Notes under the pieces: generated by a model | The model's database searches: none | What the model was told of the DNA's origin: nothing | The model's input: only the letters and a program-made list of their open reading frames with translations | Translations under genes and position numbers: made by a program | Assembly: GCA_900316145.1 (NCBI GenBank) | Contig: ONBQ01000030.1 | Coordinates: 288 to 64,287, forward strand | DNA from: an uncultured Eubacteriales bacterium | GTDB lineage: Bacteria; Bacillota; Clostridia; Lachnospirales; Bianqueaceae | Length of the DNA stretch: 64,000 bases | Direction of reading: 5' to 3' | Part shown: positions 46,622 through 57,862 of the stretch, one piece after another | How positions within the stretch are numbered: the first letter of the stretch is position 1 | Layout: every line of letters starts with the position of its first letter

Positions 46622-47176
46622 ATGAATACAGCAATATTGCTGCAATCGATCCTCCTCACTGACGAAGGCTATATCATCGATTTCGGAACGGCGCCGCTGC
46701 AGATCGTGTTCCACACGATCATGGTGCTCCTTCTCTTCTACGTGATCGGCCGGCTGGTGATCAAACCGCTGCAGAAGAACCTGCAGAAGCGTCAGGATCA
46801 CATCCAGCAGTCGATCGACAGCGCAGAAGCAGACAAGCAGAAGGCAGAGGAGTACAAGGCGGATTATGAGCAAAAGCTGGCCGAAGCCTCTAAAGAGCGT
46901 GATGAGATCCTCAAGAAGGCCTATGATTCCGCCAAAGAGCGGGAAGCACAGGTCCTGAAAGAGGCACACGAAGAGGCAGAACGCATCCGTTCCCGTGCCC
47001 AGAGAGATATCGAGCAGGAGCGCGAGAAGGCGAAAGATGAGATCCAGCAGGAATCCATCGGCCTGGCCGCCGCTATGACCGAAAAGCTTCTGGAGCAGTA
47101 TGTCGATGATGATGTACGCAGCCGTCTGGTTGAAGACGCTGTCCGGGGAATGGAGGATGCCCAGTGGCCGAAGTGA
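46622..47176 (+). CDS. atpF: F0 ATP synthase subunit b
   Basis: 184 aa with one N-terminal TM followed by a long charged helix (..QKAEEYKADYEQKLAEASKERDEILKKA..). Confidence 0.85.
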   Translation: MNTAILLQSILLTDEGYIIDFGTAPLQIVFHTIMVLLLFYVIGRLVIKPLQKNLQKRQDHIQQSIDSAEADKQKAEEYKADYEQKLAEASKERDEILKKAYDSAKEREAQVLKEAHEEAERIRSRAQRDIEQEREKAKDEIQQESIGLAAAMTEKLLEQYVDDDVRSRLVEDAVRGMEDAQWPK

Positions 47177-47721
47177 TCGCGGTACGATATGCCGAAGCCC
47201 TGTTTTCGGTTGCAGAAGAGAAGGATCTTCTGACACGGACGGCTAAGGATATCACCTGTGTCCGGACCGTATTGGCGGAGAATCCGGACCTTGTGAACGT
47301 TTTAGCCATGCCGGACGTGATCCCGGAAAAGAAGGCGGAACTGTTGAACCGCATTTTCCAGGAGGATCTGGAAGAGCCTATGCTGGGTCTTTTGACCGTT
47401 CTGGTACGCAAAGGGCGTATCGGACAGATAGATGAAGTCTTTGCCGAGTTCGAAGAACGCCTGATGGAGTGGGAGAAGAAGTGCCGGGTCACGGTAACAT
47501 CCGCGGCCGCTCTTTCCGATGCGGAAGTATCGAAGATCCGCGAAACTCTGGCAAAGTCCATGCAAAAAGAGATCCTGATCGACACCGTGATCGATCCTTC
47601 ATTGATCGGTGGTCTGGTCGTCAGGGTCGGTGACGTCGTTTTTGATAATTCGATCCGGTCTTCTCTTTCGAAAATGTCCAGACATTTACGGGAACTGCGC
47701 ATCTCGGAAAGCGCGCAGTGA
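47164..47721 (+). CDS. atpH: F1 ATP synthase subunit delta
   Basis: GTG start overlapping the atpF end. YAEALF.., ..IDPSLIGGLVVRVGDVVFDNSIRSSL. Confidence 0.85.
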   Translation: MAEVIAVRYAEALFSVAEEKDLLTRTAKDITCVRTVLAENPDLVNVLAMPDVIPEKKAELLNRIFQEDLEEPMLGLLTVLVRKGRIGQIDEVFAEFEERLMEWEKKCRVTVTSAAALSDAEVSKIRETLAKSMQKEILIDTVIDPSLIGGLVVRVGDVVFDNSIRSSLSKMSRHLRELRISESAQ

Positions 47722-47759
47722 GGGAGATAGAAGCCCATAATGGATCTTACCAATTGTAA

Positions 47760-49294
<1,535 letters not shown>

Positions 49295-49295
<1 letters not shown>

Positions 49296-50170
49296 TGGCA
49301 TCTACCCGTGAGATACAGCTTCGTATCAAATCCGTTTCAGGCACCCAGCAGATCACGAAAGCGATGAAGCTGGTTTCAACGGCGAAGCTGCAGAAGATCC
49401 GCGGCGTTCAGGAAGCGAACAAACCCTACTTTAATGCTGTTTATGATACCATGTGCTCCATTTTGGCCACGTCGGACGGCGGCGTATTACGGTCCCCGCT
49501 GATCAATTCCGAGGAGAGAGCAGGCGGCAAGGCCGCGTATCTGCTGATCACCGGTGATCGCGGACTGGCCGGAGGCTACAATGCCAATATCTGCCGTCTT
49601 CTGGAGCGCTCCATTCCGAATAAGGATAAGGCGCTGATCGTGACCATCGGCAAAAAGGGCCGGGATTACTTCACCAGACGCGGGTTTGAGATGGGCGATC
49701 ATTTTGAGATCGACAGCTCGGTACCTACATACGGAGAAGTATCCAGGATCGTAAAAGGCTTTACGGACCTCAAAACGGAGGGCAAGGTCGATGTCCTGTA
49801 CGTCGTCTACACATCCTTCCTCAATACGATCAGTCAGAAGCCTGTGATCCTGAAGCTCCTTCCCCTGGCGCTGGAAGATCTGGACGTGCCGGAAGATCCG
49901 GCCAAGATGTCCATGATGAACTATGAGCCCGGTGAGGAGACGGTTCTGGACTATATCATCCCGAAGTACATCAGCGGCATCGTATATGGCGCTTTGGCGG
50001 AATCGTTCGCCAGTGAAGAAGGCGCCCGCATGACCGCTATGGACTCCGCGACCGATAATGCACAGGAGATCATAGAAGATCTGACCTTGAAATACAATCA
50101 GGCGCGCCAGAGTCATATTACCCAGGAGCTGACGGAGATCGTCAACGGTGCCGCGGCTCTTGAAAACTGA
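49295..50170 (+). CDS. atpG: F1 ATP synthase subunit gamma
   Basis: 291 aa. MASTREIQLRIKSV..TKAMKLVS.. and C-terminal ITQELTEIV.GAAAL. Confidence 0.95.
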
Positions 50171-50194
50171 CCTGGCCAGATTAAAGGAGAGTGA

Positions 50195-51613
<1,419 letters not shown>

Positions 51614-51625
51614 AGGGAGTTCGAC

Positions 51626-52042
51626 ATGGCGGAAACGTATGAACTGAAGATCATTACTCCGGAACGGGTGATGTATACGCATCCGGTCACACGTGTCATC
51701 TTCCGCACGACGGAGGGAGAAATGGCCGTCCTGAAAGGGCACATTCCTTTGACGGCCGTCATCGACTCTTCCGTATTCCATGTGTATTTTCCGGATGAAT
51801 CCGGAGCCGAAACCGAGCTGAAGCTGGCTGTACATGAAGGCTTTGTAGAGATTCTTCCCGAAAGTGTGACCCTTCTGACGGAATCAGCGGAGTGGCCGGA
51901 AGAGATCGATCCGGAACGGGCGGAGCGCGCCAAGGCAAGAGCTCAGGAGCGCCTGAGCCATCAGGATGCGAAAGTCGACGTCCATCGGGCGGAATTGGCG
52001 CTGCGCCGTTCTTTGACACGTCTGGAAATGGTCCGAAAATAA
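51626..52042 (+). CDS. atpC: F1 ATP synthase subunit epsilon
   Basis: 138 aa with an N-terminal beta sandwich (..IITPERV..) and a C-terminal helical hairpin (..RAKARAQERL..). Confidence 0.9.
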   Translation: MAETYELKIITPERVMYTHPVTRVIFRTTEGEMAVLKGHIPLTAVIDSSVFHVYFPDESGAETELKLAVHEGFVEILPESVTLLTESAEWPEEIDPERAERAKARAQERLSHQDAKVDVHRAELALRRSLTRLEMVRK

Positions 52043-52047
52043 GCATG

Positions 52048-52080
52048 TACCGCGGAACGGCATGTTTCGCGGTATTTATA
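52048..52080 (+). terminator. Rho-independent terminator of the atp operon
   Basis: TACCGCG (52048-52054) / CGCGGTA (52068-52074), followed by TTTATAT. Confidence 0.55.
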
Positions 52081-52102
52081 TCTGTTGAATAAAGAGGTCA
52101 TC

Positions 52103-53059
52103 ATGTATTCGATTACGATCAAGGATCTGGCTGAACGGTTTCAACTGGAAGATCTGACCCCAGAGATCGATCTGGAAGGCAAAGCGATGAGCAGCCGGGA
52201 GGTGAACCGACCGGCGTTGCAGCTGGCCGGTTACTACGAGCACTTTGATTCTGACAGGGTGCAGCTGATCGGCCAGGTAGAGCATTCCTACCTGATGGGA
52301 TTGACGTTGTATAAACGCCGTCAGGTCTGGAAAAAGCTGTTTTCTCATCATCCGCCCTGCATCATCATTTGTCGGGGGCTCTCACCATTTCAGGAAATGG
52401 AAACGACACTGAAGTCCGCTATAGAAAACGATGTTCCGGTCTTCCGTACGAAGGCGGCTACCACGGATTTCATGCGGGAACTGATCAGCTATCTGAACTA
52501 TGAACTGGCGCCGCGCATCACGATGCATGGCGTGCTTGTCGATATCTATGGTGAAGGCGTTCTGATCATGGGAGAGAGCGGCATCGGCAAGAGTGAAGCG
52601 GCTTTGGAACTGATCCGGCGCGGACACCGTCTGGTCGCGGATGACGTGGTCGAGATCAAGCGCATCTCCGACCGGGAGCTCCTGGGATATGGACCGGAAG
52701 TCATCCGGCATTTCATCGAGCTGCGCGGTATCGGTATCCTGGATGCCAGGCAGCTTTACGGAGTGGAAGCGATCAAGACCGAGCAGCAGATCGATATGGT
52801 CATCAGCCTGGAGGTCTGGAATCCGGACAAACAATATGACAGGCTGGGGTTGAATGAAAAGACCATGAATATCCTGGGCAACAAGGTGATCAGCTATAAT
52901 ATCCCCATCCGCCCCGGCCGTAACCTGGCGGTCATCGCGGAAACAGCGGCCATTAACCATCGTCAGAAGAAGATGGGGTATAACGCGGCCAAAGAACTGG
53001 GGAACCGGGTCATGGGCAACATTGCCCGAAGACGAAGAGAAATCGAAGAAAATGAATAA
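52103..53059 (+). CDS. hprK: HPr kinase/phosphorylase
   Basis: ATG at 52103 behind AAAGAGG. GESGIGKSE P-loop, ADDVVEI, IELRGIGIL. Confidence 0.9.
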   Translation: MYSITIKDLAERFQLEDLTPEIDLEGKAMSSREVNRPALQLAGYYEHFDSDRVQLIGQVEHSYLMGLTLYKRRQVWKKLFSHHPPCIIICRGLSPFQEMETTLKSAIENDVPVFRTKAATTDFMRELISYLNYELAPRITMHGVLVDIYGEGVLIMGESGIGKSEAALELIRRGHRLVADDVVEIKRISDRELLGYGPEVIRHFIELRGIGILDARQLYGVEAIKTEQQIDMVISLEVWNPDKQYDRLGLNEKTMNILGNKVISYNIPIRPGRNLAVIAETAAINHRQKKMGYNAAKELGNRVMGNIARRRREIEENE

Positions 53060-53086
53060 ATCAAACATGCGGAAGGAGATTGAATT

Positions 53087-54043
53087 ATGATCTACGCAGG
53101 AATCGATTTAGGCGGAACCACCATCAAAGGCGCACTGGTGGATGAAAAAGGACAGATCCTGATCCAGAAAGCGATCCCGACAGGCGGAGAGCGCAAGCAG
53201 AAAGAAGTCGTCACGGATATGGCGAATCTGATCCTGGAACTGATGAGTGAATATGGCTGCGATCCGGAAGAGGTCGCTTCTGTCGGAGTTGGTTCTCCCG
53301 GATCTATCGACCCGGAAGCCGGCATCGTGGTCGAGGCCAACAACTTCGCGGACTTTGTCAATGTTCCGGTCCGGGATATCATGTATGAGATCCTGGGCAA
53401 GCCGATCTATGTGGATAATGATGCCAACGTTGCGGCACTGGGTGAGAGTATGTTCGGCGCCGGTGAAGGTCGTCGTAACTGCGTGCTTTGCACACTGGGT
53501 ACCGGCCTTGGCGGCGGTGTCGTCATCGATGGAAAGATCTTCTCCGGCGCGTACCATGGCGGCACGGAGCTGGGTCATACCGTTATCGTAGCGGATGGTG
53601 AGCAGTGCACCTGCGGCCGTAAGGGCTGCTGGGAAGCCTACAGCTCCGCGACCGCGATCATTCGTGAAGGCCGTAAGGCGGCTGAAGCTGATCCGTCTTC
53701 CAAGCTAAATGAAGTCTGCGGCGGCGATCTGTCCACCCTGAATGCCAAGATGGTCTTCGACGCGGCGGACATGGGTGATGAGGCTGCGAACCGTGTTAAG
53801 GACGAGTACATCAAGTACCTGGGCTTAGGCCTGACCAACATGATCAACATCTTCCAGCCGGAAGTCATGATGATCGGCGGCGGTGTCTGCGCGCAGGGTG
53901 AAAAGCTGCTTTCCCCGCTGCGCAAGATCCTTGACCGGGAAGTCTTTGCCGGCCAGTTCTATAAGATCAAGTTTAAGACGGCCTCCCTTGGCAACGATGC
54001 CGGCGTGATCGGCGCGGCCATGCTGGGCAAGGTCAACGAATAA
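53087..54043 (+). CDS. ROK-family glucokinase
   Basis: GIDLGGTTIKGALV, DNDANVAALGE. Zn motif GHTVIVADGEQCTCGRKGCWE. Confidence 0.85.
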   Translation: MIYAGIDLGGTTIKGALVDEKGQILIQKAIPTGGERKQKEVVTDMANLILELMSEYGCDPEEVASVGVGSPGSIDPEAGIVVEANNFADFVNVPVRDIMYEILGKPIYVDNDANVAALGESMFGAGEGRRNCVLCTLGTGLGGGVVIDGKIFSGAYHGGTELGHTVIVADGEQCTCGRKGCWEAYSSATAIIREGRKAAEADPSSKLNEVCGGDLSTLNAKMVFDAADMGDEAANRVKDEYIKYLGLGLTNMINIFQPEVMMIGGGVCAQGEKLLSPLRKILDREVFAGQFYKIKFKTASLGNDAGVIGAAMLGKVNE

Positions 54044-54045
54044 GT

Positions 54046-54978
54046 ATGAACGAACAGTTTGTCAGTAAACTGAAAGCACTTCTGCCGGAGGGCTCAGACA
54101 GTCTTTTTCTGAATGAGCCCCTTTCCCGCCATACCACATTCCGTATCGGCGGTCCGGCAGATTGCTTTATCGAAGTATCCGGGGTCGAAGAACTGAAAAA
54201 TATCCTGGATCTTTGTCAAAAAGAAGATGTCCCCTGTTTTTGTATAGGACGAGGCAGCAATCTGCTCGTTTCCGATGAAGGGTATCGCGGAGTCGTTCTT
54301 CACATAGGAGCGGGCTTTAGCGATGTTCGGATCGAGGGGACCCGGGTCGAGGCCGGAAGCGGCATCCTGTTATCCGCCCTTGCGTCCCGCCTGGTCCAGG
54401 CAGAGCTTACCGGGTTTGCCTTCGCGGCCGGGATCCCTGGCAGCCTGGGCGGCGCAGTGTACATGAACGCCGGTGCCTACGGTGGGGAGATGAAAGATAT
54501 CCTGACCAAGGTCACGGCGCTCAAAGAGGATGGGACGATCGTCGAACTGTTCCCCGATGAACTTAAATTAGGTTACCGGGATTCCGTCTTTCAGCATGAA
54601 GATATGATCATCCTCAGCGCGGAAATGCAGCTGGAGCAGGGAGAAAAAGATCAGATCCTTAAGGATATGCAGGACCTGATGGAGCGCAGAGTCAGCAAGC
54701 AGCCTTTGGACATGCCCAGCGCGGGCAGTGTCTTCAAGCGGCCTCAGGGATACTTTGCCGGGGGCCTGATCGAGCAGGCCGGCCTGAAAGGATGCCAGAT
54801 CGGCGGAGCGAGAGTTTCTGAAAAACACGCGGGCTTTATCGTCAATGCGGGCGGAGCGACCGCGGAAGATGTAGTTGCATTGATCCGTCATATCCAGCAA
54901 ACGGTGGAAACTCAGTTCGGAGTCCATCTGGAACCGGAGATGCGGATCCTGAAGGATGAACACCTGGTCATGCTGTAG
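54046..54978 (+). CDS. murB: UDP-N-acetylenolpyruvoylglucosamine reductase
   Basis: 310 aa. TTFRIGGPAD, IGRGSNLLVSD, SAGSVFKRP. Confidence 0.9.
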   Translation: MNEQFVSKLKALLPEGSDSLFLNEPLSRHTTFRIGGPADCFIEVSGVEELKNILDLCQKEDVPCFCIGRGSNLLVSDEGYRGVVLHIGAGFSDVRIEGTRVEAGSGILLSALASRLVQAELTGFAFAAGIPGSLGGAVYMNAGAYGGEMKDILTKVTALKEDGTIVELFPDELKLGYRDSVFQHEDMIILSAEMQLEQGEKDQILKDMQDLMERRVSKQPLDMPSAGSVFKRPQGYFAGGLIEQAGLKGCQIGGARVSEKHAGFIVNAGGATAEDVVALIRHIQQTVETQFGVHLEPEMRILKDEHLVML

Positions 54979-54992
54979 AGAGAAGGGGTTTT

Positions 54993-55940
54993 ATGTCTTT
55001 TTCCGGCGACGTTAAACGCGAGATCGCGGAACACATCGGCTCCGCCAGACATTGCGTCATCGCGGAATTGTCTGCCTTGATCCAGGCTTTGGGAAAATGG
55101 TCCGTGGAACCGGTCTCTCTCGCGATCCACGCGGAGAGTGAGCTCGCCTATAAAAAAGTCTTTACTTTAATGCAAAAAGCATTTAATATAAAGATCGAAG
55201 CAGATGAGATCTCTTCAGAAGGCGCAGGGTTTACCAGCCGGATCGAGACTCCTTCCCATGTCTATACGATCTTAAGCGCGGTCGGGCTCATCCACCGGAC
55301 GGCGGAAGGATGGGAATCCTCAGAGGCAGCGGAAGATCGTATCACAGCACGCAGCTGCTGCAAGCGGGCTTTCGTAAGAGGAACGTTCTTAGGCTGCGGT
55401 TCGATCAATGATCCATCGAAGACGTATCATATGGAATTCGTCTTTGAGCAGGAAACGCAGGCGAATAAACTCCAGAAGATCCTGAAAGAATTCGAAGTCG
55501 AGACCCATTCCCTGACCAGACAAAGAGGCAGCCGCAAGCTGAATGTCGTCTATCTGAAAGACGGCCAGCAGATCGCGGATGTTTTGAACATCATGGGCAG
55601 CCACCATGCGCTGCTGCGCTTTGAAGATATCCGCGTGGTCAAAGACGTGCGCAATCAGGTCAATCGGCAGGTCAACTGCGAAGCGGCCAATCTGGACCGC
55701 GTAGTCAGCGCGGCGGTGCGGCAGCTGGAGGACATCCGTTACCTCAAAGATACGATCGGCCTGGAGGAGCTGCCTGCCGGGCTGAAGGAAGCCGCCATGC
55801 TGCGGCTGGAGAATGAAGACCTGAGCCTGAAAGAACTGGCGGCCATGATGGGCATTGGAAAATCCGGTGTCAATCATCGCTTCCGCAAACTCATGGCTAT
55901 GGCGGAGGAGATCCGCAAGACGGCCCAAAATCAAGCCTGA
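54993..55940 (+). CDS. whiA: DNA-binding protein WhiA
   Basis: MSFSGDVKREI.., a LAGLIDADG-derived middle region, and a C-terminal HTH LSLKELAAMMGIGKSGVNHRFRKL. Confidence 0.9.
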   Translation: MSFSGDVKREIAEHIGSARHCVIAELSALIQALGKWSVEPVSLAIHAESELAYKKVFTLMQKAFNIKIEADEISSEGAGFTSRIETPSHVYTILSAVGLIHRTAEGWESSEAAEDRITARSCCKRAFVRGTFLGCGSINDPSKTYHMEFVFEQETQANKLQKILKEFEVETHSLTRQRGSRKLNVVYLKDGQQIADVLNIMGSHHALLRFEDIRVVKDVRNQVNRQVNCEAANLDRVVSAAVRQLEDIRYLKDTIGLEELPAGLKEAAMLRLENEDLSLKELAAMMGIGKSGVNHRFRKLMAMAEEIRKTAQNQA

Positions 55941-55988
55941 TCGTCTCTTTTACAGAGACACAGATAGATTCAACCAGGAGGTGTTTGC

Positions 55989-56240
55989 ATGATCGAGAAA
56001 GTCGTAAAAGTCAAGCTGCAGGAAGGAATGGAAGCGGCTGCGCTGCTGGTCCAGACAGCCTGCCAGTACAAAAGCAACATTCAGGTCCTTGTTGATGGCA
56101 AAACGGTCAACGCCAAAAGTATCATGGGCGTCATGATGCTGAGCATGGTCGAGAATGAAAGCATCCGTGTCGTGGCAAACGGTGAGGATGAAGAAGAGGC
56201 CATCCAGGGCGTAGCAGCTGTTTTGTCAAGCGAAGAGTAA
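55989..56240 (+). CDS. crh: HPr-like phosphocarrier paralogue lacking His15 (Crh-like)
   Basis: 83 aa. Ser46 context NAKSIMGVMML is conserved. The His15 region reads QEGMEAAALLVQ, with no His. Confidence 0.8.
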   Translation: MIEKVVKVKLQEGMEAAALLVQTACQYKSNIQVLVDGKTVNAKSIMGVMMLSMVENESIRVVANGEDEEEAIQGVAAVLSSEE

Positions 56241-56274
56241 TAAATACCGTATTCAATATGGAGGAAGAACCATT

Positions 56275-57558
56275 ATGAAAATGGAGCAGTTGAAGCAACA
56301 GCTTCGTTCCGTATCCGGACAGGCCTTGCTGACCAAACTATATGGGGAAGAAGAAGTGGCGGCCCAGACAGCCCGCTATGAAACATTGATGGGACAGTTC
56401 CTTGAGGACTTCGGGGATCTGGATGTATCCTTGTTTACTTCTCCCGGACGGTCCGAGATCGGCGGAAATCACACAGACCATAACCATGGCCGGGTACTCG
56501 CTGCCAGCATCAATCTGGACTGCGTAGGCATCGCGGCCAAGGTCGAAGAACCGGTGATCGAGTTTGTCAGTGTCGACTATGATCAGCGTATCCGTATCGA
56601 GCTGGATGATATCGAATATGATCCGGAAGAAAAGGGTACCCTGGCTCTGGTCAAGGGCATGCTGAAAGGATTCAAGGAGTTTGGCTATCAGATCGGTGGT
56701 TTTAAAGCCTACATCACCAGCAACGTCATCAGCGCGGCCGGCATCAGCTCTTCTGCCGCGTTCGAAATGTTGATCTGCGCCATGTTGAATGCGTTTTACA
56801 ATGAAGGCCGCATGGACGTTACCAGCTACGCCCACATTGGACAGTATTCGGAGAACCATTACTGGCTCAAGGCCTCCGGCCTTCTGGATCAGATGGCCTG
56901 CGCCGTTGGCGGCCTGATCACCATCGATTTCAAAGATCCAAAGCATCCGCAGGTAGAGCCTGTTGCCTTCGACTTTGAAAAGCAGAACTATAACCTCATG
57001 ATCGTCAACACCGGTAAGGGTCACGCGGATCTTTCCGCCGAGTATTCTTCCGTGCCGGAAGAGATGAAATCCGTAGCGCGCTTCTTCGGAAAAGAAGTGC
57101 TGCGTGATGTCGATCCGGAGGATCTGAAGAACAATCTGGCGGCTGTACGCGCCAAGACCGGTGACCGTGCCGTTATGCGCGCGCTGCATTTCTTCTATGA
57201 GAACGAGCGCGTAGCCGATGAGGTCGAGGCGCTTAAGAAGAATGATTTCGATGCCTTCCTGGAAATGATCACCGCTTCCGGTAATTCTTCCTGGAAATGG
57301 CTGCAGAACGTGCACTTCCAGGCGGAAGAACAGGGCATCGCGGTCGCGCTGGCCTACACCGAAATCTTCCTGAAGCAGAAGGGCGTCGGCGCCTGCCGTG
57401 TTCATGGCGGCGGCTTTGCGGGTGTCATCATGGCTATGATCCCCTCTGAACTGGCTGAGGAATACACTGAGTATATGGAAAATCTGCTGGGCAAGGGCAA
57501 CGTATACCGCATGAGCATCCGCAGCATCGGAGCGGTTTGCCTGGATGGGATGATCTGA
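56275..57558 (+). CDS. galK: Galactokinase-family GHMP kinase
   Basis: GRSEIGGNHTDHNHG (galactokinase signature variant). GHMP motif ISAAGISSSAAFE. 427 aa. Confidence 0.75.
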   Translation: MKMEQLKQQLRSVSGQALLTKLYGEEEVAAQTARYETLMGQFLEDFGDLDVSLFTSPGRSEIGGNHTDHNHGRVLAASINLDCVGIAAKVEEPVIEFVSVDYDQRIRIELDDIEYDPEEKGTLALVKGMLKGFKEFGYQIGGFKAYITSNVISAAGISSSAAFEMLICAMLNAFYNEGRMDVTSYAHIGQYSENHYWLKASGLLDQMACAVGGLITIDFKDPKHPQVEPVAFDFEKQNYNLMIVNTGKGHADLSAEYSSVPEEMKSVARFFGKEVLRDVDPEDLKNNLAAVRAKTGDRAVMRALHFFYENERVADEVEALKKNDFDAFLEMITASGNSSWKWLQNVHFQAEEQGIAVALAYTEIFLKQKGVGACRVHGGGFAGVIMAMIPSELAEEYTEYMENLLGKGNVYRMSIRSIGAVCLDGMI

Positions 57559-57576
57559 TCTGACAATACTTTTCAC

Positions 57577-57612
57577 AAGAGTGTGAGAGCGAAAGCTTCA
57601 CACTCTTTTTTT
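57577..57612 (+). terminator. Rho-independent terminator
   Basis: AAGAGTGTGA (57577-57586) / TCACACTCTT (57598-57607), followed by TTTTTGC. Confidence 0.85.
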
Positions 57613-57667
57613 GCGCTTTTATTAGAAGAAAAATCACAGGATTTCATCTGAAATAAGAGCGCAAATA

Positions 57668-57696
57668 TTGACATATACACAAAAAAAAAGTAAAAT
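57668..57696 (+). promoter_or_regulatory. Near-consensus sigma-70 promoter of the VWA/tubulin-like module, with an A9 tract in the spacer
   Basis: TTGACA (57668-57673), 17-nt spacer containing A9 (57681-57689), TAAAAT (57691-57696). Confidence 0.55.
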
Positions 57697-57862
57697 AATT
57701 GTAATATTGTGTAGCAAAATCGAGTTTTGTTCGGTATTCATAACAGAAGACCGAAAACAGAGGCGCTTCTTGCTTCTGACAGCCGGATCAGGCCGGCTTT
57801 CTTCTTGTATTACCAATCTACCTATATCTACAGCAAAAGAGAAATGGGGGAATGAAACGCTT

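Noticed and set aside
57668-57862. N-terminal extension of the VWA ORF in the track (start 57668). Analogous upstream extensions occur at 9483, 13143, 18056, 20502, 20531, 26062, 35626, 36919, 41686, 44545 and 52085.
   Set aside because: The extensions run through promoters, terminators or upstream genes and lack an RBS. In each case an internal ATG has a Shine-Dalgarno sequence and a sensible N-terminus (a signal peptide or a conserved family start).
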